Below, in pieces: positions 8,801-16,884 of a stretch of 64,000 bases of DNA. Position 1 is the stretch's first letter. Each line of letters begins with the position of its first letter. The translations under genes were made by a program, and so were the position numbers. Origin of the DNA: an uncultured Eubacteriales bacterium (lineage in GTDB: Bacteria; Bacillota; Clostridia; TANB77; UBA1234); contig CAYNRR010000002.1 in NCBI GenBank assembly GCA_964400015.1, forward strand, positions 38,751 to 102,750, given 5' to 3'. The notes under the pieces are model-generated. The model was not told the origin of the DNA and made no database searches. It saw nothing but the letters and a program-made list of their open reading frames with translations.

Positions 8801-9834
8801 CTAAACATATCATCGTATTCAGTTGGATAGTATTCTTTATATATTTCTTTTAATAATTTTAAATCTGCTTTATGTTTTTCATATTTTTTTATAAATGCAT
8901 AAGAAATATTAACTGGTTCTCCTTCTGCTACTTCTACAATGCTTTGTAAAATCACCCAGCTATAAATATTTTTCATTGCTTCATATATTTCAACATTTTC
9001 TTTTAATTCATTTATGATGCTATCTTCATCAGCAATATCCGAAGCAAAAGTAAGAGAAGTTTCTTTTTCCATATCGAAAATTTGAGAAAGTTTAAACTTA
9101 GAACCTACAATTGCTTTTGCAGTATTATCTATAACGCTTTTATATTCTTTATCGAAAGAAAAAAGTTTCTTTAATTCATCTTCTTTTTCTTTTTTAGTTA
9201 GTCCTTTTGTTTTTAATATTTCTAATATAGGATTTAAATTTTCGTAAATATATTCAATTTCGTAGGTATCTTTTAAGAATTCGATAAGTACTTCCAAAGA
9301 TTTTTTTACTTCTTCGGTATTATTTGTAAAGTCTCCTTCGTATAAGAAGTTACCACGATATTTAATTATATGATGTAATGCAAGATAAACCATTCTAAAG
9401 TCTTGTTTACCAGGATTCGTTACAAGTTCATGTCTTAAATGATATATTGTTGGAAATCTGGTGTAATATCCCTCATCTGTTAAGTATTCATCATCAAATA
9501 AGTTATAGTTATTATTAAATATGTCTTTGCTTTTATCACTGTATACTAATGAAGAATTTCTTAGTCTTGGGAAAAAGTTTGGATATAATTGCTCCATATC
9601 GTCTTGTAACAAACTTTGTAACATATTTATACGTTCTTTTCTTCTTTCAATTCTTCTTCTAGCACTTCTTAGCATTCTTCTGTTGACTGCAGTATTAGCT
9701 TCTGAAAATATCCTTGAGCCCCATAAATTTTTGTTTTGTCTTTTTATTAGATTTCCGTTTGTATCAGTTACAGCCCAACCAACTGAGCCTACACCTATGT
9801 CTAATCCAATATTATATTCTTTAGAATTATTCAC
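5857..9834 (-). CDS. cas9: Cas9 (type II-A), 1325 aa, with a GTG start and an AGGAAAG RBS
   Basis: The RuvC-I motif IGLDIGVGSVGWAV, the HNH motif IDHIMPQSY...DNKALV and the RuvC-III motif HHAHDAYL are all present. The gene has the expected size and sits upstream of cas1. Its last 29 nt overlap cas1. Confidence 0.97.
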   Translation of the reverse strand: MNNSKEYNIGLDIGVGSVGWAVTDTNGNLIKRQNKNLWGSRIFSEANTAVNRRMLRSARRRIERRKERINMLQSLLQDDMEQLYPNFFPRLRNSSLVYSDKSKDIFNNNYNLFDDEYLTDEGYYTRFPTIYHLRHELVTNPGKQDFRMVYLALHHIIKYRGNFLYEGDFTNNTEEVKKSLEVLIEFLKDTYEIEYIYENLNPILEILKTKGLTKKEKEDELKKLFSFDKEYKSVIDNTAKAIVGSKFKLSQIFDMEKETSLTFASDIADEDSIINELKENVEIYEAMKNIYSWVILQSIVEVAEGEPVNISYAFIKKYEKHKADLKLLKEIYKEYYPTEYDDMFRNNSADNYVSFRGKTLKNQELAKCNQENFYNNIKKKIEKLPDSYSYKEMILRDLQSDNFLRKLNTTDNGAIPHQLHLKELDTIIENQSKYYKTLAENKKEIRSIFTFRIPYYVGPLSSKDNKGSFSWVKRISDEKIRPWNIEDIIDKDSTAEEFIRRMTNNCTYLLNEEVLPKYSLLYSKFCVLNELNNIQILVNGQKSSHLDQKTKKGIMDDVFMKYKTVNKKQVINYLKTQNIPCDDISGLPDKNNFMSNLASHIDMKNIFAETYTTLNEEMYEKLIYYITIFEDKKILKDKIKKEYNLSDEIIKKLVSKRYSGWSRLSKQLLVGIKSNKGESIMEILENRNMNFMQIINDTELGFDKIIEEQLVKYDDRKINYKEDIEPLQTSPANKRAIWQSIQIVEELTRVMKCEPKKIYIEFARSEGEKKKLKDKRAIQLLKKYNNFAERNEEVYEHLKAVQKDKNITEKMYLYFIQNGKCMYSGETLYIDKLNLYEIDHIMPQSYIKDDSIDNKALVIRKSNQDKKANLLLKDSIIDDRISYWKMLLDNDLITQTKFSRLIKREILETDDQKVKFVNRQLVETSQITKLVTNLLKNHYKDTELFAIRAGVVSGVRKRFEFYKNRNVNDYHHAHDAYLLCVVGTIIDKELQYKEQFEYGKYVKKYIQEIRDEKLKNPNGKDKNQYGLLVGLVVKHIDDKKVRKVLDYKDCYISKMLEEGTGEFYNQTLQKKKAGLIPKKAGLPTEVYGGYTSRQKAYMTIYKYIDENNEEQYKIVAIPIKISADIKNKKTTLEDFIKAEFLKDVQYKDFKIVKRKMLLQQQYIDADGFLMSFISESEIKISAPLILDDNLNKFINLINKKEEKLDERDKEYISNNYEIVYDKLVQILDLKYPILKSSVKKLIANKEKYMNLEEKSKKVVINEIINLLSGKTGRLKIIGMSDATGRLNSRTFDTEKLKSMTFVDKSITGIYERRYKIDGVEDNTSK

Positions 9835-9863
9835 TTGACATCTTTCCTTTCGACTGTTATTAT
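9835..9863 (+). promoter_or_regulatory. sigma-A-type promoter for the tracrRNA (TTGACA, 17 nt, TATTAT), divergent from and overlapping the cas9 start region
   Basis: TTGACA at 9835-9840, a 17-nt spacer and TATTAT at 9858-9863. The predicted transcription start is near 9870. Confidence 0.6.
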
Positions 9864-9869
9864 TAAGTT

Positions 9870-9993
9870 GCTATTAGCAATTACTATCTAAAATAGCATA
9901 CCGAGTTAAAATAAGGCTTTGACCTTAAATACTGATTTTAATCAGGCCTACTTATGTGGGATTTAAAAGTTCTAGTTCGCTAGAACTTTTTTT
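9870..9993 (+). ncRNA. tracrRNA: tracrRNA. The anti-repeat is at 9880-9902, the nexus-like AAGTTAAAATAAGGC at about 9903-9918, an internal hairpin CTGATTTTAATCAG at 9931-9944, and the terminator hairpin GTTCTAG-TTCG-CTAGAAC plus U7 at 9969-9993
   Basis: ATTACTATCTAAAATAGCATACC matches the array repeat ATTACTACCTAAAATAACATACC at 21 of 23 positions, and in tracrRNA orientation it is complementary to the crRNA repeat. It is followed by an S. pyogenes-like AGTTAAAATAAGGCT motif and an intrinsic terminator. Confidence 0.85.
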
Positions 9994-10099
9994 ATTGTAT
10001 GATTATATTATCATACTTTTATTTTGCAGACAATAATTAACAATGCAAATATGCACCCGCATATATATAACCGAAAAAAATGTCGAAAAGTGACAAAAA

Positions 10100-10140
10100 A
10101 AGAGTATGTATTTTAAAAATAACATACTCTTTTATAATCT
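10100..10140. terminator. bidirectional hairpin AGAGTATGT...ACATACTCT flanked by A-runs and T-runs
   Basis: 9-bp inverted repeat between the tracrRNA end and the stop of the 10144..10476 gene. Confidence 0.5.
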
Positions 10141-10143
10141 TTA

Positions 10144-10476
10144 TTATTTTTTCTTTTTATCTGGCTTTTTGTCTATAATCATATGCAATGTTACAATTGA
10201 AAGAATTGCTATTGTAAGAATTGCTACAAGTGGTGGAAGTTGTGGACTTAGTTCATATAATGACGTATATGCAGTATTAAATAGTGTGCCAAACAATCCT
10301 TTTACCATGCCTGTTGTCTCACCAGGTTTAATTTCTTTTCCATATTTTATAAAATCAGGGATTACTGTTTTTGGTGCTGATAACTTTAATATAGCTATTA
10401 GTGCTAAAGTAACGTATCCCAATATTCTTAATATTTTCATCCAATTAGTTGCTATGTATGATTTATCTAATTTCAA
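10144..10476 (-). CDS. small membrane protein (110 aa), with a TTG start and a GGAGAGGAG RBS
   Basis: ORF-track ORF. The protein is hydrophobic with a lysine-rich C-terminal tail, and an RBS is visible upstream. Confidence 0.5.
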   Translation of the reverse strand: MKLDKSYIATNWMKILRILGYVTLALIAILKLSAPKTVIPDFIKYGKEIKPGETTGMVKGLFGTLFNTAYTSLYELSPQLPPLVAILTIAILSIVTLHMIIDKKPDKKKK

Positions 10477-10691
10477 TGTTTATTCTCCTCTCCCTCACAG
10501 GATATCTACGAAACAATTATAATCCAGATTACATAATTTAACAAGCCTTTTTAGATAAATTTTCCTTTTCTTTTCAAATAAAAAACCTATTACAATTATC
10601 ACTAAGTATAGCGAGTTTATTGTAATAGGTTTGGTTTAAGCGTAACTTACGTTGTATTATTTGATTGCTTTAAGCCACATTATAGGCTTTA

Positions 10692-11249
10692 TTACCAGCC
10701 TACATCGATTTGGCAAGCAACCATTGTCTGTAATGCAGCGTCGTGTCCTTGAAGACCTGCACAACATTTTCTGTCGACGCTGATAGGAATTTCAGGAAAC
10801 TGGGCTTTAAGGATGAGTGCGTTGGAAATTACACAAATTTCAGTACATACACCGATGATTTCGATTTCATCGGCATCAGGGATCAAATACTGCCATTCAG
10901 TGTACCCAAAAGTAGACTTCTTAATGGTAATGGGGCCAACATATTCGGGCATTTCAGCCGATTCGTTTTTCTTTTCATAAGCCTGTTTGGCTTCTTCCAA
11001 AAGATTTCCGTAAATTTCCCAGCCATGTGTGCCTTCAATGCAATGCTTGACAGGCAGTTTCTTGCCTTCGGCCGTGTTGGAATAATTTTCATCGTGCGTG
11101 TCATACGTAAAGATAACTTGCCAACCTTCGGCAATACGCTCAAGAAGCTTCTTCTTAATGTTAGGGTAAATCATCTGGGCATGTGCTGTTCCAAGGGGAC
11201 CTTCTACGAAATCGTTTTGATAATCCACCAAAATTAAATATTTTGCCAT
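10692..11249 (-). CDS. pncA: isochorismatase-family cysteine hydrolase, nicotinamidase/pyrazinamidase-like
   Basis: LILVDYQNDFV and a later Cys-containing active-site region are typical of the PncA/isochorismatase fold. Confidence 0.7.
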   Translation of the reverse strand: MAKYLILVDYQNDFVEGPLGTAHAQMIYPNIKKKLLERIAEGWQVIFTYDTHDENYSNTAEGKKLPVKHCIEGTHGWEIYGNLLEEAKQAYEKKNESAEMPEYVGPITIKKSTFGYTEWQYLIPDADEIEIIGVCTEICVISNALILKAQFPEIPISVDRKCCAGLQGHDAALQTMVACQIDVGW

Positions 11250-11418
11250 AAAAATTCCTCCTTAATACTCGAATAAAATTATTTTTTCTTACTAATAATA
11301 TTTTCATGCGTTCCAATTATATATCTTGTAAATACATTTTGTCAACTAGTTCCATGTTTGCCCTAAAATTCCAAGCTTTTTTTGAAAGTTTTGGGAAATA
11401 TATATATGAGGTGTTATT

Positions 11419-12105
11419 ATGAAAGTTTCAAAATTATTTTTCGTAATTTCTATAATTTTTATTACAGGCTGTAGTAATCAAAAGCAAGAACCGTCCTCAA
11501 TGGCTCAGAATTCATTCCCTACTCCACAAGCATCTGTTCCCTCTGCTGATAGAGTGGCATATACTGAAGATGCTAAGCGATTGCTTTTAGGCGATATACT
11601 TTCTGGTGAAAATAATGAAAGCCATCAATTTCAAGAAAATGATTTGTCCAAAATTTCAACTTATACGACGAAAATATTGACGAATGATGAAAATAGATAT
11701 AACAATATTAAAATTGTTGCAGATAAGCTAAATGGCTATATATTAGAACCTGGCAATACGTTTTCTTTTAATGATGAACTTGGCCCATACGGCAAAGATG
11801 ATGGCTTCCTGGAAGCTAAGATTTTATTAAGCAACGGCGAAGAATCTACTGGCTACGGTGGTGGAGTTTGCCAACTTTCCAGCACTTTATATAATGCTAT
11901 TAAAGACTTAGAAAATATTCAAATAACGGAGCATCATCATCATAGTTCTCCAGTAGCGTACGTTCCTAAAAATCAAGATGCAACTGTGAGTTTGCAAAGT
12001 GGCTTAGACTTCAAATTCATAAATAATTATGATTTTCCTCTTAGATTTGAAACTTCGCATAATCCCAATAGTTTGAGCGTTACAGTTTATAATTCCAGTT
12101 ATTAA
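11419..12105 (+). CDS. VanW-family lipoprotein
   Basis: A lipobox ...FITGCSN sits at the N-terminus. The VanW signature YGGGVCQLSSTLYNA is present. Confidence 0.7.
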   Translation: MKVSKLFFVISIIFITGCSNQKQEPSSMAQNSFPTPQASVPSADRVAYTEDAKRLLLGDILSGENNESHQFQENDLSKISTYTTKILTNDENRYNNIKIVADKLNGYILEPGNTFSFNDELGPYGKDDGFLEAKILLSNGEESTGYGGGVCQLSSTLYNAIKDLENIQITEHHHHSSPVAYVPKNQDATVSLQSGLDFKFINNYDFPLRFETSHNPNSLSVTVYNSSY

Positions 12106-12136
12106 AAAGGCTAGCCTGTAAGGACTAGCTTTAAAT

Positions 12137-13159
12137 TTAATATTTAGGTATTTTTCTTCGTGCATCTAATTTGTGAAGCATTTCTTCATTTTCCAAAGCT
12201 TTTCCTGTGCCTAATGCAACACAAGATACTGATTCTTCTGCTATCATTACATTTATTCCAGTACGTTTTTGAATAAGCTTATCAAAACCATAAACAAGGC
12301 AGCCTCCACCAGTCATATATATGCCTCTATCACTAATATCTGCTGATAATTCTGGAGGTGTACGTTCAAGTACAGACATAACAGCTTCTAAGACTTGACT
12401 TGCTGGTTCTTGAAGAGCTTCCAACATATCATCCGAATTAACTGTTAAATTTACTGGTAATCCAGTACCAAGGTGTCTTCCTCTTACGTCCATTTCTAAT
12501 TTTTGCATTCTTGGAAATACACAACCAATATTTATTTTTAGATCTTCGGCTGTTCTATCACCAATAATTACATTATACTTCTTCTTAATATACTTAATTA
12601 TATATTCATCAAACTTATTTCCTGCAACTTTAATTGAAGCACTAACAACTGCACCACCAAGAGAAATTACTGCGATATCAGTTGTTCCGCCACCCATATC
12701 AACAACCATGCTACCACAAGCCTTGTTAATATCAATGCCTGCTCCAATAGCAGCAGCGATAGGTTCCTCAATTAAATGAACTTTTCTAGCACCAGCCTGC
12801 ATAGAAGCATCAATGACGGCTTTTTTCTCAACTTCTGTAACACCAGATGGTACGCAAACCATTATAGTTGGAGCCATTACAAACTTACCACAAACTTTTC
12901 TAATAAAATATTTAAGCATTTTTTCAGTTACCGAATAATCTGAAATAACCCCATCTTTTAATGGCCTAATTGCAACAATATTACCAGGAGTTCTGCCAAG
13001 CATTCTTCTAGCCTCTTCCCCAACCGAAACAGCTTCTCCTGTATTTCTATCAATAGCAACGACTGAAGGTTCTCTAAGCACAATCCCTTTTCCTTTAACA
13101 TGGACAAGAACAGTAGCAGTTCCCAAATCTATTCCAATGGATTGATCAAATCCGAACAT
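12137..13159 (-). CDS. mreB: rod-shape-determining protein MreB/Mbl
   Basis: MFGFDQSIGIDLGTATVLVHV...REPSVVA... and full-length actin-like ATPase motifs. Confidence 0.92.
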   Translation of the reverse strand: MFGFDQSIGIDLGTATVLVHVKGKGIVLREPSVVAIDRNTGEAVSVGEEARRMLGRTPGNIVAIRPLKDGVISDYSVTEKMLKYFIRKVCGKFVMAPTIMVCVPSGVTEVEKKAVIDASMQAGARKVHLIEEPIAAAIGAGIDINKACGSMVVDMGGGTTDIAVISLGGAVVSASIKVAGNKFDEYIIKYIKKKYNVIIGDRTAEDLKINIGCVFPRMQKLEMDVRGRHLGTGLPVNLTVNSDDMLEALQEPASQVLEAVMSVLERTPPELSADISDRGIYMTGGGCLVYGFDKLIQKRTGINVMIAEESVSCVALGTGKALENEEMLHKLDARRKIPKY

Positions 13160-13244
13160 GTCATCATCACTCGCTTTCTTACATCATTCTTACTTTTCTG
13201 TTACGATTATATTACAAGCCCATACAAATATCAAACCCTTTTTT

Positions 13245-13372
13245 CGACACATCGGGGACGTCCGTTAAATGTCTCAAAATTTCCATTATTTAGGAAATTA
13301 CGGTTTTTTCAAGGACAAATTTACAAATTTTGTTAAAAATGAGACATTTAACGGACGTCCCCGGTGTGTCAG
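13245..13372. repeat. palindromic intergenic element, copy A. The terminal inverted repeats are CGACACATCGGGGACGTCCGTTAAATGTCTCA and its reverse complement. The internal 62 nt begin AAATTTCCA
   Basis: Perfect inverted repeat of about 30 bp read directly from the sequence. The right arm contains the TGA stop of addA. Confidence 0.85.
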
Positions 13373-16300
13373 ACGATGATTGCTTGGTTTAGGTGGAATG
13401 AGTAGATGTATGTTTGTGTTACTTGTTTGCCGGTTATTTGTGTTAGTGCTTTTTTGTAGTATTCTAGTTGCTTTGCGTAGCGTTCTATGAATTCTTGCGG
13501 TGTGTTTAGTTTGTCACTTTTGTAGTCTACTATTGTTATTCCTTCTGGGGTTTCGTAGTATAAGTCTATGATTCCTTGCACCATTATAGTATCGTCTTTT
13601 GATTTTTCTTCGAATTTGAATATATCTTTTGCTGATATTGATAGATTGAATGGTACTTCTCTATATATTTTTTTGCTGTTTTTTATTTGCGTATATAGTG
13701 AACTGTTTATAAATGTTTGTAGGTCTTTTCTTAGTTTTTCTTTTGTTATTCCCTCTTCTAGATCGTTTAGTAATTTTTCTATGTTTTCTCCCTCTTCATT
13801 TTTCCCTTTTGTAGTATAGTCGAGTCTTTCCATTTTACTATGTAATAGTGTACCGTATGATGCTCCTACTATTGCGTTTTCTTTTATAAAGTTTGGAGTT
13901 TCTACGTTTCTTATTTTTTGTATTAGCGATGGCTCTTGTAAGTTGTGTAGACGTTTTAGTTCGCTTACTGAGAGTTTTGATGGTATTTTTGTTGATAGTG
14001 AGTATGAGTATTTCCAATCGAAACGTTGCTGTATGAATGGTGTTTCGTCTTTTTCTATTGTTTGCGTATTTTCTATTAGTGCTTTGGGTATTTCCCAGCT
14101 TCCTGATATAAATGTTTCAATATCTTCAAATGCTGCTTCTGCGTAGCTCCATGGTTTTACTAACCAATCGTTTTTAGTTGATAGTACTGCATTACATATC
14201 CAATCTGAAAATGATTTTGCTGAAGATATTCTATATTTGCTCATTGGTGCTTCGTATTCTATCATTTTCTTTTCTACGTTTTGCATTAGTGATGTTATGA
14301 TAAGTTTTTCTTTTGCTCTTGTCATTGCTACATATAGAATTCTCATTTCTTCTGCAATCATTTCTTGTTGATTTTGCAGACTAAGTGCAAGCTTTGGTAC
14401 ACTTTCATATGTTATGCGAAGTTTTGGGTCTACTATATCGAATCCGAATCCTAAGTCTTGATGCATTATAACTGGTTTCTTTAGATCCATATCATTAAAT
14501 TTTTTACTTGTTCCTGAGATAAATACTATAGGAAATTCCAATCCTTTACTCTTATGAATACTCATTATTCTAACTACGTCATCATTTTCGGAAATTTGAC
14601 TTGGTGCATCCATATCGCCTGAACTTATTTTTACGTTATCTATAAAGGTTAAGAAGTTATATAATCCTTTAAAGCTTGATCTTTCAAAGTCTGTTGCTTT
14701 TTTTAGTAAGACTTTTAAATTGCTTTGTCTTGCGTCTCCATTTGGAAGTAATGAGACAAAATAATAGTAATTGGTATCATCATACAAATATGATATGAAT
14801 TCATCTATTACCATGTAACGTGATTTTTGTCTCCATATGTTTAAACGCTCTATAAAATTTTTTGATTTTTCGTTGCCTTGTGATGCTGCTATTAGCATTG
14901 CGTCGTAAAATGATGATTTTTTATTGTATAGTCGTATTTGAGTTAATTCATTTACGTCGAAATTGCCTATTGGAGATTTTAAAACTGCTAGTAATGGTAT
15001 GTCTTGATAAGGGTTGTCTATTATTTTTAATAGTGATAAAAATATTTGGACTTCTGTATTATCAAAGTAACCTGATTTTATGTCTGCATATGTTGGTATA
15101 TTTCTTTTTGCTAGTTCTTCACTAAATGTTTCTGTGATTCCTTTAGTTGCACGTAATAGTATTACGATATCTGAATATTTTGCTTTTCTTTTTGATTTGG
15201 TATGTTTGTCGTATACTTCAAAGTTCCCAACTAGTTCTTCTATTCTCTTAGCCACAACTCGGGCTTCTAATTGCAGTTTTTCTTCTATCTCATCTTCAAA
15301 TTCTTCGATTTCTTCTTCTGTATTTTTCTTTTCAATTAAATGTAATTCTGCTGGTTCACCATCATATTCATAATATGTTGCTCCATATTTTAGATATTCT
15401 ATTTCGTCATATTCGATTTCTGCTACATCACTATGCATGATGTTTTTGAATATAAAGTTTACTTGTTCTATTATGTTTTCATTGCTTCTAAAGTTTTTAA
15501 ATAATAGAATTTTGTTTTCTGGTGAAGAGGGATCTTTTTGCTCACGTGTTGCGTAGTTTGTGTATGTATGATATTTTTCAAGAAATAATTCTGGACGTGC
15601 TTGTCTGAATTTGTAGATGCTTTGTTTTACATCTCCAACCATGAAAACATTTCCTTTAGAAATTTTATTTAAAATAGTTTCTTGTATAAGGTTGCTATCT
15701 TGATATTCATCAATTAGAATTTCTTCATATTTGTTTTTGAAGTCTTCTAATACATCTTCATTCTTTTCAAATAATTGTAAGCAAAGATGCTCGATATCGC
15801 TGAAGTCTAACAAGTTTTTATCCGATTTTTTCTTTTTGAATCTTTCGTCGAATAGATATATTATCTTTTTTATTCCATTCGCATGGGCGAACGCTTGTTT
15901 TAAATCTTCTAATATTTCTGCCGATGAAGATATAAATATTTTGTCTCTTAAATATTCACCTACTAGTTTTTTCATTTTGTCTCGAGTAGATTTTACTTGT
16001 ATTTTTAATTCTTCATCCATTTTAGGTGCATTTTTTAAAGAAGAAAAACTTATATATTTGAATTCGTTATAGTAATCGTCCCATGTTAGTTTATTTTTAC
16101 GAATTGCGTCTAACTTAAATATATCGTCTTGTATTGTTGCTAAATAATTTTTTGAATTTGGATCTTCTAAAAGGTCAAGTTCTATGTCTTTTAATTCTTT
16201 TGAAATCTCTTCTATTAGTTCTCTAGTATATTTAAGAATTTTCTTTCCCCATATAGTTTTTGAAAAATCGCTTTCCTCGACATTGTACATATTACATTTT

Positions 16301-16869
16301 TCTTCGAGCCATTCTAATGGATTTGGACAGCTTTGTATGAAACGATAAATTGATAAAATTAAGTTTATTAAGCCTTCATCGGACTTGTTGCTTGAGTACG
16401 CATCCATTACATCTATTATTTCTTCATCATTAGACTCATATAATTCTTCAAGGACTTCGTCAATTGCTTCTAATTTTAAAAGCTCGCCTTCTGTTGAATC
16501 GACAATTTTAAAGTTTGGATCAATATCTAGTTTATAGAAATAGTCTTTTATAGATTTTTTACAGAATGCATCGATTGTCATTATGCTTGATCTATTCAAA
16601 TATAAAATTTGTTTTTGTAACGAATGATTGGTACTAATTTCTTCATATAGTCGACTACGTATACGTTCTTTCATTTCACTTGCTGCTGCATTCGTAAATG
16701 TAACAATAAGCATTTTGTCTATATCAACACCATCATCAATAATTTTACGGATAATCCTTTCTACAAGAACAGCTGTTTTACCACTACCTGCACCTGCAGC
16801 TACGAGCGTTTTAGAATTACGAATGTCTATTGCGCTTTTTTGCTCCGGTGTCCATTTTACATCTCCCAT
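13369..16869 (-). CDS. addA: ATP-dependent helicase/nuclease subunit A (AddA)
   Basis: UvrD-type Walker A motif AAGAGSGKT at the N-terminus. The protein is 1166 aa and lies downstream of addB. Confidence 0.9.
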   Translation of the reverse strand: MGDVKWTPEQKSAIDIRNSKTLVAAGAGSGKTAVLVERIIRKIIDDGVDIDKMLIVTFTNAAASEMKERIRSRLYEEISTNHSLQKQILYLNRSSIMTIDAFCKKSIKDYFYKLDIDPNFKIVDSTEGELLKLEAIDEVLEELYESNDEEIIDVMDAYSSNKSDEGLINLILSIYRFIQSCPNPLEWLEEKCNMYNVEESDFSKTIWGKKILKYTRELIEEISKELKDIELDLLEDPNSKNYLATIQDDIFKLDAIRKNKLTWDDYYNEFKYISFSSLKNAPKMDEELKIQVKSTRDKMKKLVGEYLRDKIFISSSAEILEDLKQAFAHANGIKKIIYLFDERFKKKKSDKNLLDFSDIEHLCLQLFEKNEDVLEDFKNKYEEILIDEYQDSNLIQETILNKISKGNVFMVGDVKQSIYKFRQARPELFLEKYHTYTNYATREQKDPSSPENKILLFKNFRSNENIIEQVNFIFKNIMHSDVAEIEYDEIEYLKYGATYYEYDGEPAELHLIEKKNTEEEIEEFEDEIEEKLQLEARVVAKRIEELVGNFEVYDKHTKSKRKAKYSDIVILLRATKGITETFSEELAKRNIPTYADIKSGYFDNTEVQIFLSLLKIIDNPYQDIPLLAVLKSPIGNFDVNELTQIRLYNKKSSFYDAMLIAASQGNEKSKNFIERLNIWRQKSRYMVIDEFISYLYDDTNYYYFVSLLPNGDARQSNLKVLLKKATDFERSSFKGLYNFLTFIDNVKISSGDMDAPSQISENDDVVRIMSIHKSKGLEFPIVFISGTSKKFNDMDLKKPVIMHQDLGFGFDIVDPKLRITYESVPKLALSLQNQQEMIAEEMRILYVAMTRAKEKLIITSLMQNVEKKMIEYEAPMSKYRISSAKSFSDWICNAVLSTKNDWLVKPWSYAEAAFEDIETFISGSWEIPKALIENTQTIEKDETPFIQQRFDWKYSYSLSTKIPSKLSVSELKRLHNLQEPSLIQKIRNVETPNFIKENAIVGASYGTLLHSKMERLDYTTKGKNEEGENIEKLLNDLEEGITKEKLRKDLQTFINSSLYTQIKNSKKIYREVPFNLSISAKDIFKFEEKSKDDTIMVQGIIDLYYETPEGITIVDYKSDKLNTPQEFIERYAKQLEYYKKALTQITGKQVTQTYIYSFHLNQAIIV

Positions 16870-16884
16870 AAAATTTACTCCTTA

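Noticed and set aside
9995-10030. Near-palindrome GTATGAT-TATATT-ATCATAC after the tracrRNA terminator as a possible operator.
   Set aside because: It is short, AT-rich and has an imperfect centre. There is no gene immediately downstream to regulate, so it is likely chance.
10106-10522. 138-aa plus-strand ORF.
   Set aside because: It overlaps the minus-strand membrane-protein gene, which has a clear RBS and a TTG start. The plus-strand ORF has no start context.
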